A stretch of 64,000 nucleotides of DNA from an uncultured Bacillales bacterium (GCA_949287425.1 CASEGJ010000003.1:8993-72992); one strand, 5' to 3'. Positions 30,683 through 40,935 are shown, counted from the stretch's first letter. The notes: generated by a model not told the origin, from the sequence alone. Numbers and translations are program-made.

Positions 30683-33550
30683 ATGATTAGACTTGAAAAT
30701 ATTATTAAAGATTATCAACTTGATAAAACTAACATTGTTCACGCTTTAAAAGGAATAAGTTTATCTTTTCCTGAAACTGGTTTAGTTTCCATTTTGGGTC
30801 CTTCTGGATGTGGTAAGACTACCTTATTAAATATTCTTGGTGGCTTAGATAAATATACATCTGGAGATTTAATAATCGATGGTACTTCAACCATGGACTT
30901 TAAGGACGTCGATTGGGATAATTACCGCAACAAAAAAGTTGGTATGATTTTCCAATCATACAATTTAATTCCACATATGAAAGTTATCGATAATGTCGAA
31001 TTAGCCCTTTCTCTATCTGGAGTTAATAAAAACGTCAGAAAAGAATTAGCTATTGAAAGTTTGAAACAAGTAGGTTTAGAAAATGAAATAAATAAAACTC
31101 CAAACCAACTTTCTGGAGGTCAAGCTCAAAGAGTTGCTATTGCTCGAGCTTTAATTAATAACCCTTCTGTCATTTTAGCTGATGAACCTACCGGTGCATT
31201 AGATTCTAAAATTTCTTTGCAAGTTATGGAAATTTTAGAGTCTATTTCTAAAGATAAATTAATTATTATGGTAACTCATAATAGAGAGCTCGCATTTAAA
31301 TATTCGACCAAAATAATTGAAATGTCTGATGGACAAATTGTCAAAGAAATTGATAATTCTCCCGATAATTTACCAAATTCCATTTCTAATAATTCCAATT
31401 TAAATCAATTAATTGACAATAAATTAAAAGAATCATCTTCATATAATAAAGGTAAAACTAGCATGTCATTTTTTACCGCTATGATGATTTCGTTAAAAAA
31501 CATGTTAACTAAAAAAGGAAGAGTTATCATGACTTCTTTTGCGGGTTCTATTGGTATTATTGGCGTCGCTTTAATTCTAGCGGTTTCTAATGGCTTTTCT
31601 AATTTTATTAACAATATGCAACAAGAAACTCTCGCTTCTTATCCATTAACTATAGATTCGATTTGGTATGATACAAACGCTATATTAAATTCCAATAATG
31701 ATTTAGTTGAATATCCTGATGATGAACAAGTAAACATTCAAAAAAGCGATAATTTTTATCATGTAAATAATTTAAGCGATGATTATGTTGAATATGTAAA
31801 TAATCTAAATAGCGAATTAACTAGCGCAATTCAATTAAATTACGCTTTACAAACTAACATCGTTTTTGAAGATGAAAATAATCCAGGAAATTATACTTAT
31901 TTAAATAACGCTTCATCTTCCAGTTCTATTTTATCAACTTCTTCTTGGAATGAATTACCTGATAATAAAGAGTTTATTCTTTCTAATTACGACTTAATTT
32001 CTGGAAAATATCCTTCTAATAGCGGTGAACTTATTTTAGTAGTCGATAGAACTAACTCTCTAAGTGAAAACACTTTACAAGCCTTAGGATACAACACTTT
32101 AAACTCCTTTATTTCTTTTAACGATATTATTAATAAAACATATAAACTAATCGATAACGATGATTTTTATCAAAAATCTGACGAAATTCAAGTTAGTGGA
32201 AAATTTTTAAAATCTAAAGAAGAATTAGCTAAAGACAATCTTACTTTCAATCAATTTTATTCTGAATTTTCAGACATGCTAATGAATCTTTATTCAGATT
32301 CTTCTAATAACTCAAATCAAAATATGCTTGATTCTTGGCAACAATTAATAGATAAATATTTTAATTCTAATAGTGAAACTAAAACTATTTCTTCTTATTT
32401 GCAGCCAAATAGCAGCGATTCAACATTGTTAAAATCTCTATATGAATCTTCTTCAAAAGAATTAAAAGTTGTCGGTATTTTACGTCCTAGAAAAGATACA
32501 TCTATGTCTTTATTAAGTTCAGGATTATATTATACTTCTAGTTTAATAAATGAAAATTTACAGACTGCTGAAAATTCCAATTTAGCAAAAGATATAGAAA
32601 ATCATATAGTAATTGAAAACATTTCTTCACTTTTAGGTTTAACTTCATCTTTAGATTCTTATTATATCCTTCCTCAAATATATTCTTTAATTGATTCTTC
32701 TCCTAAAGTTCAAATTGATTATCAAAATATCTTTTCATCTTTAATTTCGGATCTAAATATTTCTCAACAACAAATTCAACAGTTTCAACAAGCTATTCAA
32801 GATAATAACATCATTCAAATTCTTTCTTTGTTAAATGAAATTTATCAAGATAATCAAGATATTTTAAATTTGGATAATCCTGATATAACCACTTCAATTC
32901 AAACTCTTGTTCAAAATATCAATTCTTCGTTAAGTTCTTATGTAGATTCAAGAAAAACTTATGGTGCTGATAAATTAGTCAACTCAATTACTATTTATCC
33001 TAAATCATTTGAAGCAAAAAAAGAAATTCTCACTTATTTAGATAATTGGAATGTAGATAAACCTTCTTCTAAACAAGTTCAATATACTGATTTAGCTGGT
33101 ATTGCGTTTTCTGCTATTGAAACAACTGTTAACTTAATTACTATTGTTTTAGTTTGTTTCTCTTCAATTTCTTTAATTGTCTCTTGCGTAATGATTGGAA
33201 TTATCATGTATTCTTCTGTATTAGAAAGAACAAAAGAAATAGGTATTTATCGTGCAATAGGGGCTAGAAAGAAAGATATTTCACGACTATTTAAAGTTGA
33301 AGGTATTTTACTAGGTTTTGTTTCTGGGTTAATTGGAATTATAATAACTTATATTTTATGTATTCCTATCAACTTAATTATAAATTCATTAATTACCGGT
33401 GTTCAGTTAAATAACATTGCAAGTTTAGCCTGGTATTCAGCTCTGATTTTAATAGCTATCTCGATGTTATTAACATTTATTTCCGCTTTAATTCCAGCTA
33501 AATTTGCCGCTAATAAAGATCCAGTAAAAGCTTTAAGATCTTCAGATTAA
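30683..33550 (+). CDS. MacB/FtsX-type ABC transporter, fused ATPase-permease
   Basis: 'GPSGCGKT', 'LSGGQ', 'ILADEPTGALD'; FtsX 'SVLERTKEIGIYRAIGA'. Confidence 0.92.
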   Translation: MIRLENIIKDYQLDKTNIVHALKGISLSFPETGLVSILGPSGCGKTTLLNILGGLDKYTSGDLIIDGTSTMDFKDVDWDNYRNKKVGMIFQSYNLIPHMKVIDNVELALSLSGVNKNVRKELAIESLKQVGLENEINKTPNQLSGGQAQRVAIARALINNPSVILADEPTGALDSKISLQVMEILESISKDKLIIMVTHNRELAFKYSTKIIEMSDGQIVKEIDNSPDNLPNSISNNSNLNQLIDNKLKESSSYNKGKTSMSFFTAMMISLKNMLTKKGRVIMTSFAGSIGIIGVALILAVSNGFSNFINNMQQETLASYPLTIDSIWYDTNAILNSNNDLVEYPDDEQVNIQKSDNFYHVNNLSDDYVEYVNNLNSELTSAIQLNYALQTNIVFEDENNPGNYTYLNNASSSSSILSTSSWNELPDNKEFILSNYDLISGKYPSNSGELILVVDRTNSLSENTLQALGYNTLNSFISFNDIINKTYKLIDNDDFYQKSDEIQVSGKFLKSKEELAKDNLTFNQFYSEFSDMLMNLYSDSSNNSNQNMLDSWQQLIDKYFNSNSETKTISSYLQPNSSDSTLLKSLYESSSKELKVVGILRPRKDTSMSLLSSGLYYTSSLINENLQTAENSNLAKDIENHIVIENISSLLGLTSSLDSYYILPQIYSLIDSSPKVQIDYQNIFSSLISDLNISQQQIQQFQQAIQDNNIIQILSLLNEIYQDNQDILNLDNPDITTSIQTLVQNINSSLSSYVDSRKTYGADKLVNSITIYPKSFEAKKEILTYLDNWNVDKPSSKQVQYTDLAGIAFSAIETTVNLITIVLVCFSSISLIVSCVMIGIIMYSSVLERTKEIGIYRAIGARKKDISRLFKVEGILLGFVSGLIGIIITYILCIPINLIINSLITGVQLNNIASLAWYSALILIAISMLLTFISALIPAKFAANKDPVKALRSSD

Positions 33551-33577
33551 AAAAACTAGCAAAATCGCTAGTTTTTT
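33549..33577. terminator. Bidirectional terminator between the ABC transporter and pepT
   Basis: AAAAAAACTAGC-AAAATC-GCTAGTTTTTT. Confidence 0.8.
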
Positions 33578-33580
33578 CTT

Positions 33581-34780
33581 TTATTCAAATAAATGAGTGA
33601 GCATTTTTGACATTACTATCATTTGATCTATATCGACATATTCGAATCTACCATGGCAATTATAATCACCCGTTCCAAGATTTGGACAAATTAATCCTTT
33701 AAAAGTTAAATTTGCTCCATCTGTTCCACCCCTAATTGGTTCTAGTTCATAAGTTAAATTTTCTTTTTCATACATTTTGTTAACTAACTCAAGAACTTCA
33801 GGATGTTGAATAACGATATCTTTCATATTTTTATATGATTTATTAATTTTAACTTCAACTATATCTTTTTTATAAAGTTCATTTATTCTTTTTCCAGCTA
33901 GATTAGCGTAATCTATCATACAATTTAATTTATTAGCGTCGTGTTCTCTAATAATATATTCTAATTTTGAAAATTCTTCATTTCCTTCAAAATTAGTTAT
34001 ATGATAAAAACCTTCTCTATTTTCTGTATCTTCTGGACGCATAAATCTAGGTAAACTAGTGTGAAATTCCATACCTACATTAATTGCGTTAATCATTTTA
34101 TCTTTAGCAGAACCTGGATGAATTGAACGTCCTTGTATGTTAACTATCATACTTGCAGCGTTGAAATTTTCAATACTAACATAATTGATGTCTCCTCCAT
34201 CAATTGTAAAACCAATTTTAGAATGCAATTTATCTACATCTATATGTTCAGCTCCTAATCCTATTTCTTCGTCTGTTGAAAAAACAACTTCAATAGGGGA
34301 ATGATCTATTTTATTTTTTATAAAATATTCCAACATATCCATAATAATAGCGATTCCAGCTTTATCATCTCCACCTAACAATGTCGTTCCATCAGTAACA
34401 ATTAAACTATGTCCGATTGATTTTTTTAAACTTGGAAATTCTTTGACTTCCATTATCGTATTTTCATTTAGTTTAATGTCTTTTCCATCGTAGTTTTTAA
34501 TTATTCGCGGTTTAATATTTTTACCAGATGCACTTGAAGAAGTATCCATATGAGCATTTAAAAATATCGGTTCTCTTGAAATATTTCCTGGAAAATAAGT
34601 ATGTACTGAACCGAATTTATTTATATAAATTTCTTCTCCACCTAGCTCTTTTAATTCTTTTTCCAACAAATCAGCTAATTTGTATTGTTCATCTGATGAA
34701 GCTTTTTCTAATGAACTTGTTTCATCGAATGAAGTGGTGTCATAACTGACATATTTTAAAAATTTTTCAACTATATTCAT
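33581..34780 (-). CDS. pepT: Peptidase T (M20B)
   Basis: 'AHMDTS', 'TDGTTLLGGDDKAG', 'DEEIG', 'HPGSAK', 'PIRGGTDGA'. Confidence 0.95.
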   Translation of the reverse strand: MNIVEKFLKYVSYDTTSFDETSSLEKASSDEQYKLADLLEKELKELGGEEIYINKFGSVHTYFPGNISREPIFLNAHMDTSSSASGKNIKPRIIKNYDGKDIKLNENTIMEVKEFPSLKKSIGHSLIVTDGTTLLGGDDKAGIAIIMDMLEYFIKNKIDHSPIEVVFSTDEEIGLGAEHIDVDKLHSKIGFTIDGGDINYVSIENFNAASMIVNIQGRSIHPGSAKDKMINAINVGMEFHTSLPRFMRPEDTENREGFYHITNFEGNEEFSKLEYIIREHDANKLNCMIDYANLAGKRINELYKKDIVEVKINKSYKNMKDIVIQHPEVLELVNKMYEKENLTYELEPIRGGTDGANLTFKGLICPNLGTGDYNCHGRFEYVDIDQMIVMSKMLTHLFE

Positions 34781-35013
34781 ACACTTATCCTCTCTAATAA
34801 ATAATTTTAACTATAACTAGTTCCAAATGCAAAAAATACGCTTTTTAATTATAAAAAAATAGTTACTTCTTTTTATTAAAAAAATTGGGTTTTTAGCGTT
34901 TTTTTTTAATTTATTAACTTGTTATTCATCCTAATTATTAGTATATTTAATACTTGAAGATTGATAAAATATGTTTCTAAAAATTATTCAATCTTTAAAA
35001 AGAGGAATATAGT

Positions 35014-35409
35014 ATGGCATCAAAAGGACAAAAATTCAAAAAATACGATATTGAATTAAAGAAAAAAGTAGTAAATGAATTTTTAACCAATCATACTTCT
35101 TTATTGGAACTAGCTTACACATATAAAATTGCTTCTCAAGAATCTATTCTCCAATGGGTAAAAAAATATCAAAAGTATGGAGAAGCAGCTTTTTTAGATA
35201 AAAGAGGGGTTGCTACTTCTTCTACCTCTCCTTTAAAAGGTAGACCGAAAAAATATTTCGATGACCCTGACCAAGAAAAAGAATATAAACAGCTTATCGC
35301 TAATAGAAACAAAAAAAGAGCAGCTGAAAAAAGAAGAATAAATAAAGCAAGAAAGAAAAGAGAAGCAAGAAAAGCTTTAGAAAACCAATACGAAGTTGAA
35401 ATTGAATAA
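35014..35409 (+). CDS. IS3/IS150-type OrfA-like HTH protein without OrfB
   Basis: 'KGQKFKKYDIELKKKVV...ILQWVKKYQKYGEAAFLDKRG...GRPKK'; AGAGGA RBS; putative promoter TTGTTA-17-TATATT at 34919-34947. Confidence 0.7.
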   Translation: MASKGQKFKKYDIELKKKVVNEFLTNHTSLLELAYTYKIASQESILQWVKKYQKYGEAAFLDKRGVATSSTSPLKGRPKKYFDDPDQEKEYKQLIANRNKKRAAEKRRINKARKKREARKALENQYEVEIE

Positions 35410-35420
35410 TTTTGTTTACT

Positions 35421-35452
35421 AGCTGCAGTAGTCATTATTACTGCAGCTTTTT
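35421..35452 (+). terminator. Intrinsic terminator after the OrfA-like gene
   Basis: AGCTGCAGTA...TACTGCAGCT plus T-tract. Confidence 0.8.
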
Positions 35453-35494
35453 ATCTATTCATTTTTTTTATTTTAATGTTAAAATATTAGAGTT

Positions 35495-35683
35495 ATGAGA
35501 TATCAATTAAATTCTATAGTTTCCACTTTAATCGACAAACCTGAAGCTAAAAAAGGCTCTATTGGCGCTATTATCGGGGTGAAAGATGATTCTTATTTAG
35601 TTGAAATTTTTGTTGGAAGCAAAATTCCACACATTCAACTTTTTTACCAAGAAAATCAAATTTATAGAATAGAAAACGAATAA
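35495..35683 (+). CDS. Small DUF4926-like protein
   Basis: 'IVSTLIDKPEAKKGSIGAII...YLVEIF' SH3-like pattern; 4 nt from the next gene. Confidence 0.5.
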   Translation: MRYQLNSIVSTLIDKPEAKKGSIGAIIGVKDDSYLVEIFVGSKIPHIQLFYQENQIYRIENE

Positions 35684-35687
35684 TATT

Positions 35688-37238
35688 ATGAAAAAAGATT
35701 GCGCTTTAGGTATTGATTTCGGAACTCAATCAGTAAGAATTATCGTCTTTGATTCAAAAGGAAATACTCTTATAAAATATCAAGAACCTTATGAAAAACC
35801 ATATTTTTCTGTTAAACATGGTTATGCTGAACAAGATCCTAACTATTATTTAGAAAAACTTTATATTTGTACAAATAAATTAGCTAAAAACAATCCTGAT
35901 TTAGTAGAAAGACTTCTCGGTGGTTCTATATCTTGCTTTAGAGATTCTATAGTTGTTTTAGATAAAGATTTTAATGTTTTGCGCCCTTGTATTTTGTGGT
36001 TAGACCAAAGAATGGCTGAATGTAAATCTAAATTACCTGTTTTTACTGAATTGATAATTAGAATTTCAGGAATGTATTCTACTGCCGATTTAAATAGAAA
36101 AAAAACTCTTGCCAATTATTTAGAAGAAAGTGAACCTGAAATTTGGAAACAAGTTAGACATTATTGGAATATTTCAACTTATATAAATTATAAATTAACT
36201 GGAAATCCTATTGATTCCCCTTCTTGTTATGCTGGACATTTTCCAATTTGTGCTAAAAAGAAAAAATGGAATTCTAAATACAATTTTAGAAATTGCATCT
36301 TTAATATTCCTTTAAATTATTTACCTAAACTTATTGATCAAGGTGAACTTTTAGGTACAATTTCAGAAAGTGCTAGTAAATTATCAGGTTTACCTGTTGG
36401 ATTTAAACTTTATGCTGGATCAGGAGATAAAACTTCTGAAACTTTAGGAATTGGAGCTTTTGATGAATCTATCGCTTCTATTTCTTATGGAACTGCTTGT
36501 TCAATTGAAATTTTAACTAAAAAATATCACGATTCTGAAGGTTTTTTACCAGCTTATGTTTCTCCTGTTCCTAATTTATGGACCATGGAAATTCAAATTT
36601 ATCGAGGATATTGGATGCTTGAATGGTTCGCTAAAAATTTCGCTAGTGAAGAATTAAATGCTGCTAGTATAGCTAGTCAAGCTGTCGAAGAAGTTTTAAA
36701 TCAAAAAATGATGGAAATTCCTCCTGGTTCAGAAGGTTTAATTTTACAACCATATTGGGGACCAGGTTTAAAACGTCCTCTTGCTAAAGGTGCTATACTT
36801 GGATTTTCAGATTACCATAGCAAATATCATGTCTATAGAGCAATTATTGAAGGTATTGCTTTTGCATTAAAAGAAGGCCTTATAAAAATGCAAAAAAGAA
36901 GACATAAAGGCAAAGTTAAAAGAATAAGAGTTTCTGGAGGTGGTTCATCTTCTTCAGCTATATGTCAAATTACTGCTGATATTTTTAATTTGCCAGTTTC
37001 TAAAATTCAAACTTCTGAAACTGCTTCTTTAGGTGCTGCTATTGTTACTTTTGTTTCTTCAAATTACTATTCTTCTTATCAAGAAGCGGTTAAAAACATG
37101 GTTCATCAATCTAAAGAATATCTTCCTAATAAAGAAAACGCCAAACTTTACGATAAAATATATAAACAGGTTTATAAAAATATCTATCCTAGGTTAAAAC
37201 CGTTAAATTTATCTATTAGAGACGTTTTAAAAAAATAA
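35688..37238 (+). CDS. FGGY-family carbohydrate kinase
   Basis: 'GIDFGTQSVR', 'ILWLDQR', 'GSGDK', 'SYGT', 'RAIIEGIAF', 'VSGGGS'. Confidence 0.92.
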   Translation: MKKDCALGIDFGTQSVRIIVFDSKGNTLIKYQEPYEKPYFSVKHGYAEQDPNYYLEKLYICTNKLAKNNPDLVERLLGGSISCFRDSIVVLDKDFNVLRPCILWLDQRMAECKSKLPVFTELIIRISGMYSTADLNRKKTLANYLEESEPEIWKQVRHYWNISTYINYKLTGNPIDSPSCYAGHFPICAKKKKWNSKYNFRNCIFNIPLNYLPKLIDQGELLGTISESASKLSGLPVGFKLYAGSGDKTSETLGIGAFDESIASISYGTACSIEILTKKYHDSEGFLPAYVSPVPNLWTMEIQIYRGYWMLEWFAKNFASEELNAASIASQAVEEVLNQKMMEIPPGSEGLILQPYWGPGLKRPLAKGAILGFSDYHSKYHVYRAIIEGIAFALKEGLIKMQKRRHKGKVKRIRVSGGGSSSSAICQITADIFNLPVSKIQTSETASLGAAIVTFVSSNYYSSYQEAVKNMVHQSKEYLPNKENAKLYDKIYKQVYKNIYPRLKPLNLSIRDVLKK

Positions 37239-37291
37239 GCTACAACATGCTTATTTTTTTTAGTTTTTAGCATTATTTTTTACCTTTACTT

Positions 37292-37599
37292 TGTGGATAG
37301 TTTTTTATTTTCCATTTATCCACAGCTTTTTTTATTTGTTAACAGCTTTTCCACAAGAAATTAACTTATTCACCATATGTGAATATTGTAATTTTCAACC
37401 TGTTAATATTTGTACTTTTTTGGCTTAGTATAAGCTTTTTATTGTTGTGAATAACTTTTATCTATCAAAAAGTTACAAACACTATTCACAAAACCTTGTC
37501 AAGAAAAAGTTATTGACAATTTATCCACAAGTAAAATATGTGAATAAGTCGTGAAACACGATAAATTAAGCGTTTTACAATCGTGTTTTTTGTGGATAA
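37292..37599. promoter_or_regulatory. DnaA-box cluster upstream of dnaA (left part of oriC / dnaA autoregulation)
   Basis: Perfect TTATCCACA at 37316 and 37521 and TGTGGATAA at 37591; near-consensus boxes at 37292, 37347, 37446, 37482 and 37539. Confidence 0.92.
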
Positions 37600-37683
37600 C
37601 TTTCTTTTAAAAAATTTTAATTTTTTTCAATCTAAAAAATCAAAAAAAGCGTGTTATTATATCTACGTTAAGGAAAGTTACTT

Positions 37684-39045
37684 ATGAGTGTTAAATTAGA
37701 TCAATTGGATAATATTTGGAAATTAGTATTAAAGAAAATCGAAAATAAAACAGAAGATAGAACTAGTTTTAATAGTTTAATTTCGCCTTGCTATTTAGAA
37801 TCGCTAACAAATAGTAAAGCTGTCTTAATTGCTCCTCACGATGTTGCTAAAAAGATTTTAAACGAAAATTTTTATCAGCTTATTTTAAATGAATTAAATG
37901 ATGTTACTGAATCCAATTTTAATTTAGAAATTTTATCTAAAAATGAAATTCAGAAAAAAACTTCATATAGTTCATATAAACAAACTAACAATAATTATTT
38001 TGAAAATTGCTGTTTGCAACAAAAATATACTTTTAATAATTTTGTTGTTGGTAAATCTAATAAAGAAGCTTATGATTCCGCGACTTTCATTGCCTCTAAC
38101 CAAGCAAAATTCAATCCTTTATTTATCTATTCTAAATCTGGTTTAGGTAAAACTCATTTAATGTGCGCTATCGGTAACTATGTAAAAAATAAATTTCCTG
38201 AAAAAAAAGTTTTATATATAACTTCAAATGATTTTGTCGATGAGTTTGTCAAATTTGTTAGAGGTGATTCTGATAAAGAACCATTAAAAGAATTTTTTAG
38301 AGGTATAGATTACCTTTTAATTGATGATATTCAATTTTTAGCTAACAAGACTCAAACAGAAGTTATGTTTTTTAATATCTTTAACCTCCTTGTCGATTCT
38401 AACAAACAAATTGTTATCACTTCAGATACTCCTCCTAATTTACTTTCAGGTTTAGAAGAAAGATTAGTCACTCGTTTTGCTCAAGGATTAACTGTTTCAA
38501 TTGATAAACCAGAAAAAGCTACTTTAATTGAAATTCTAAAAATGAAAATTAAATCTAACGGATTTAATCCCGATATTTTTGAAGATGATGCTTTAGATTA
38601 TTTAGCTAATAGTTTTTCTAACGATATAAGATCTTTAGAAGGGGCTTTAAATAGAATTTTATTTTTCAATGTAACTTCTAACAATCTTGATAACATAACT
38701 TTAGAAATAGTTAAGCAAGCTTTTAACAAAGAAAATGAACATGTTAAAAAAGGTGAAAAAATAACTGCTGAAAAAATTATTTCTGTTGTTTCACGATATT
38801 ATAATCTTACAGAGACACAATTGCTATCTAACGTAAGAACTAATCAAATTTCACTTGTTAGAGCAATCGCTATGTATCTATGTCGTTCTATTTTAAATCT
38901 TTCAACAACTTCTATCGCTACTAGTTTTCATAAAAAAGACCACACAACAGTATTAGCAGCTTATAAAAAAGTGGATAACTTGTTAAAAACTGATGACGCT
39001 ATGAAAAAAGCTATAAAGCAGTTAACAAACCAATTAAAAGCTTAA
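37684..39045 (+). CDS. dnaA: Chromosomal replication initiator DnaA
   Basis: 'YTFNNFVVG', 'NPLFIY..SGLGKTHL', 'LLIDDIQFL', 'DHTTVL'. Confidence 0.98.
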   Translation: MSVKLDQLDNIWKLVLKKIENKTEDRTSFNSLISPCYLESLTNSKAVLIAPHDVAKKILNENFYQLILNELNDVTESNFNLEILSKNEIQKKTSYSSYKQTNNNYFENCCLQQKYTFNNFVVGKSNKEAYDSATFIASNQAKFNPLFIYSKSGLGKTHLMCAIGNYVKNKFPEKKVLYITSNDFVDEFVKFVRGDSDKEPLKEFFRGIDYLLIDDIQFLANKTQTEVMFFNIFNLLVDSNKQIVITSDTPPNLLSGLEERLVTRFAQGLTVSIDKPEKATLIEILKMKIKSNGFNPDIFEDDALDYLANSFSNDIRSLEGALNRILFFNVTSNNLDNITLEIVKQAFNKENEHVKKGEKITAEKIISVVSRYYNLTETQLLSNVRTNQISLVRAIAMYLCRSILNLSTTSIATSFHKKDHTTVLAAYKKVDNLLKTDDAMKKAIKQLTNQLKA

Positions 39046-39085
39046 TAATAAGGGATTTTTTTGATATAATTATATAGTAAAAACT

Positions 39086-39150
39086 TTGTGATTTCACAAG
39101 TTATTCACATTATTCACACAAATCACAAGCTTTATTATTAATATTATTTA
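39086..39150. other. dnaA-dnaN intergenic part of oriC: DnaA boxes plus AT-rich unwinding element
   Basis: Tandem TTATTCACA at 39101 and 39110 plus degenerate boxes, followed by TTTATTATTAATATTATTTA. Confidence 0.75.
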
Positions 39151-39168
39151 GAAAGGAATAATTATTAT

Positions 39169-40281
39169 ATGAAATTAACGTTAAAAAGAGCTCCATTTGA
39201 AAAAATTTTAACTACATTAAGCGAAGTCATTCCTTCTCAAACAGCTGATGCTAATTTAAAGAATTTTTTAATCGATGTTTCTGAAGATGGTTTTAAGATT
39301 TTAGGTTCAGATGGAACTTTATCAATAGAAACTTTTATTTCAAACAAAGGTGATTCAATTATAATTAACTTAAACCCAGGTTCAGTTCAAATACCAGCTA
39401 GTTTATTTTTATCTGCTATAAAAAGATTATCTAATGAAATTGTAAGTTTAGAACTTGTCGATGAATCGTTATTATATTTAACTGATGAATTAACTCAATA
39501 TCAATTAAAAGTTATACCTGCTAATGAATATCCTAATATTTCGATGGAATGTTCTTTAGATGAATCTATAACTATTAAGATGTCTGATTTTGAAAGACTA
39601 TATCAAACTACTTATTTTGCTGTTGCTAATAAAGGGCCAAAAGAACTATTTTGTGGAATTAACATTTCAGCTAAAAATGATAAATTAACTTTTGTCGCTA
39701 CTGATTCATATCGTCTTGCAAGAAAATATATCGATTTAGATAAGGAACATTATTTTTCTATAACAGTTCCTTCTAAAGCTTTAACTTTAGTTTCTCATAT
39801 AACTTCTTATCAAGAAGTCAGTATGTATTTAGATACTAATAAAGTGTTATTTAAAGTTGGTCCTTATACTGTTTCAAGCAAACTTATTCCTGGTGAATTC
39901 CCTAATATCGATAAAATTATTCCTACCAATATCACATATAAATTAGATGTTAATTCAAAAGAATTTATTCAAGCCGTTGATAATATAACTATCGTTGGTA
40001 ACTCTAGAATTCAAGTTACTTGTGGCCCTGATATAATTCAATTAGCTTCTAAAGATCAAAATGTCGGTTCTTCTATGATGCCGTTAAAAGATGCTCATTT
40101 TGAAGGTGATGATAGATTTAGCATCATTTTTAAATCTAATTTTGCAATAGACGCAATTAAAGCTTTAGATTCTGAAAGAGTCTGTTTGGAATTCGTTTCT
40201 GATTCAAGAGCGTTTTTAATTACTAGTGAAGATAAATCAATAACTCAAGTAATTACACCAATTAGAACTTTATCTGAATAA
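39169..40281 (+). CDS. dnaN: DNA polymerase III beta clamp
   Basis: 370 aa directly after dnaA; 'FVATDSYRLA', 'GEFPNI', 'VITPIR'. Confidence 0.95.
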   Translation: MKLTLKRAPFEKILTTLSEVIPSQTADANLKNFLIDVSEDGFKILGSDGTLSIETFISNKGDSIIINLNPGSVQIPASLFLSAIKRLSNEIVSLELVDESLLYLTDELTQYQLKVIPANEYPNISMECSLDESITIKMSDFERLYQTTYFAVANKGPKELFCGINISAKNDKLTFVATDSYRLARKYIDLDKEHYFSITVPSKALTLVSHITSYQEVSMYLDTNKVLFKVGPYTVSSKLIPGEFPNIDKIIPTNITYKLDVNSKEFIQAVDNITIVGNSRIQVTCGPDIIQLASKDQNVGSSMMPLKDAHFEGDDRFSIIFKSNFAIDAIKALDSERVCLEFVSDSRAFLITSEDKSITQVITPIRTLSE

Positions 40282-40293
40282 ATATCAATTATG

Positions 40294-40327
40294 AGAAGTA
40301 AACTTAAACGGTTTGCTTCTTTTTTTT
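40294..40327 (+). terminator. Terminator after dnaN
   Basis: AGAAGTAAAC...GTTTGCTTCT plus T7. Confidence 0.8.
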
Positions 40328-40649
40328 ATGTGTTAGATATTAATATTTTGTGTTTAATACTTTTTAAGAAGTTAAAAAAATAGCTGTAGCTCATTATAAT
40401 CAGCTTTTTTAGCTATTTTATTCTGAATAAAATTAAGTACATATCACCTCATGTTTGTTTTAACTTTTACTTATTATTGATTTTATTGTTTTTGAAGAAA
40501 GTAGATAAAAAAATAAAATATAAATTTTAAAATTAAAAGTTTTTCAAAGGTAAATGCAAAAATATCGATATTTTTTATCATGTAATCAATTTAAAGACTG
40601 TATTTTTTGTAATTAATTTTATTTTTAGATAAACCAATAGTGTAGATGT

Positions 40650-40841
40650 GTTTTGATAAATTTTTTCTACCTTACCTTTCTATTGTGATTGTTGTGGGTC
40701 ATAATAGAAAACGTTAATAAGTTTATTTCCTTTATTATTATTTTCTAAAAGACTAGATGAAGAAAATTCAATACCTCTATCTGCTAAAAGCACCTCAAAG
40801 ATTGAAGAAAAAGATTCATTTCCGAGAGTGCTTTTATTTTT
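40650..40841 (-). mobile_element. IS30-family transposase remnant (DDE core fragment)
   Basis: Minus strand reads 'LGNESFSSIFEVLLADRGIEFS...INVFYYDPQQSQ*KGKVEK', matching IS30 'F..ILTDNG.EFS....FYCDP..S.QKG..E'; in-frame TAG at 40680-40682. Confidence 0.75.
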
Positions 40842-40935
40842 GCATTTAACTATTTAATCTACATTAATATATATAGTAAATATTATATATATAATATAGT
40901 GCTTAAAAATGGTATAATATTCTTGGTATCGATTT

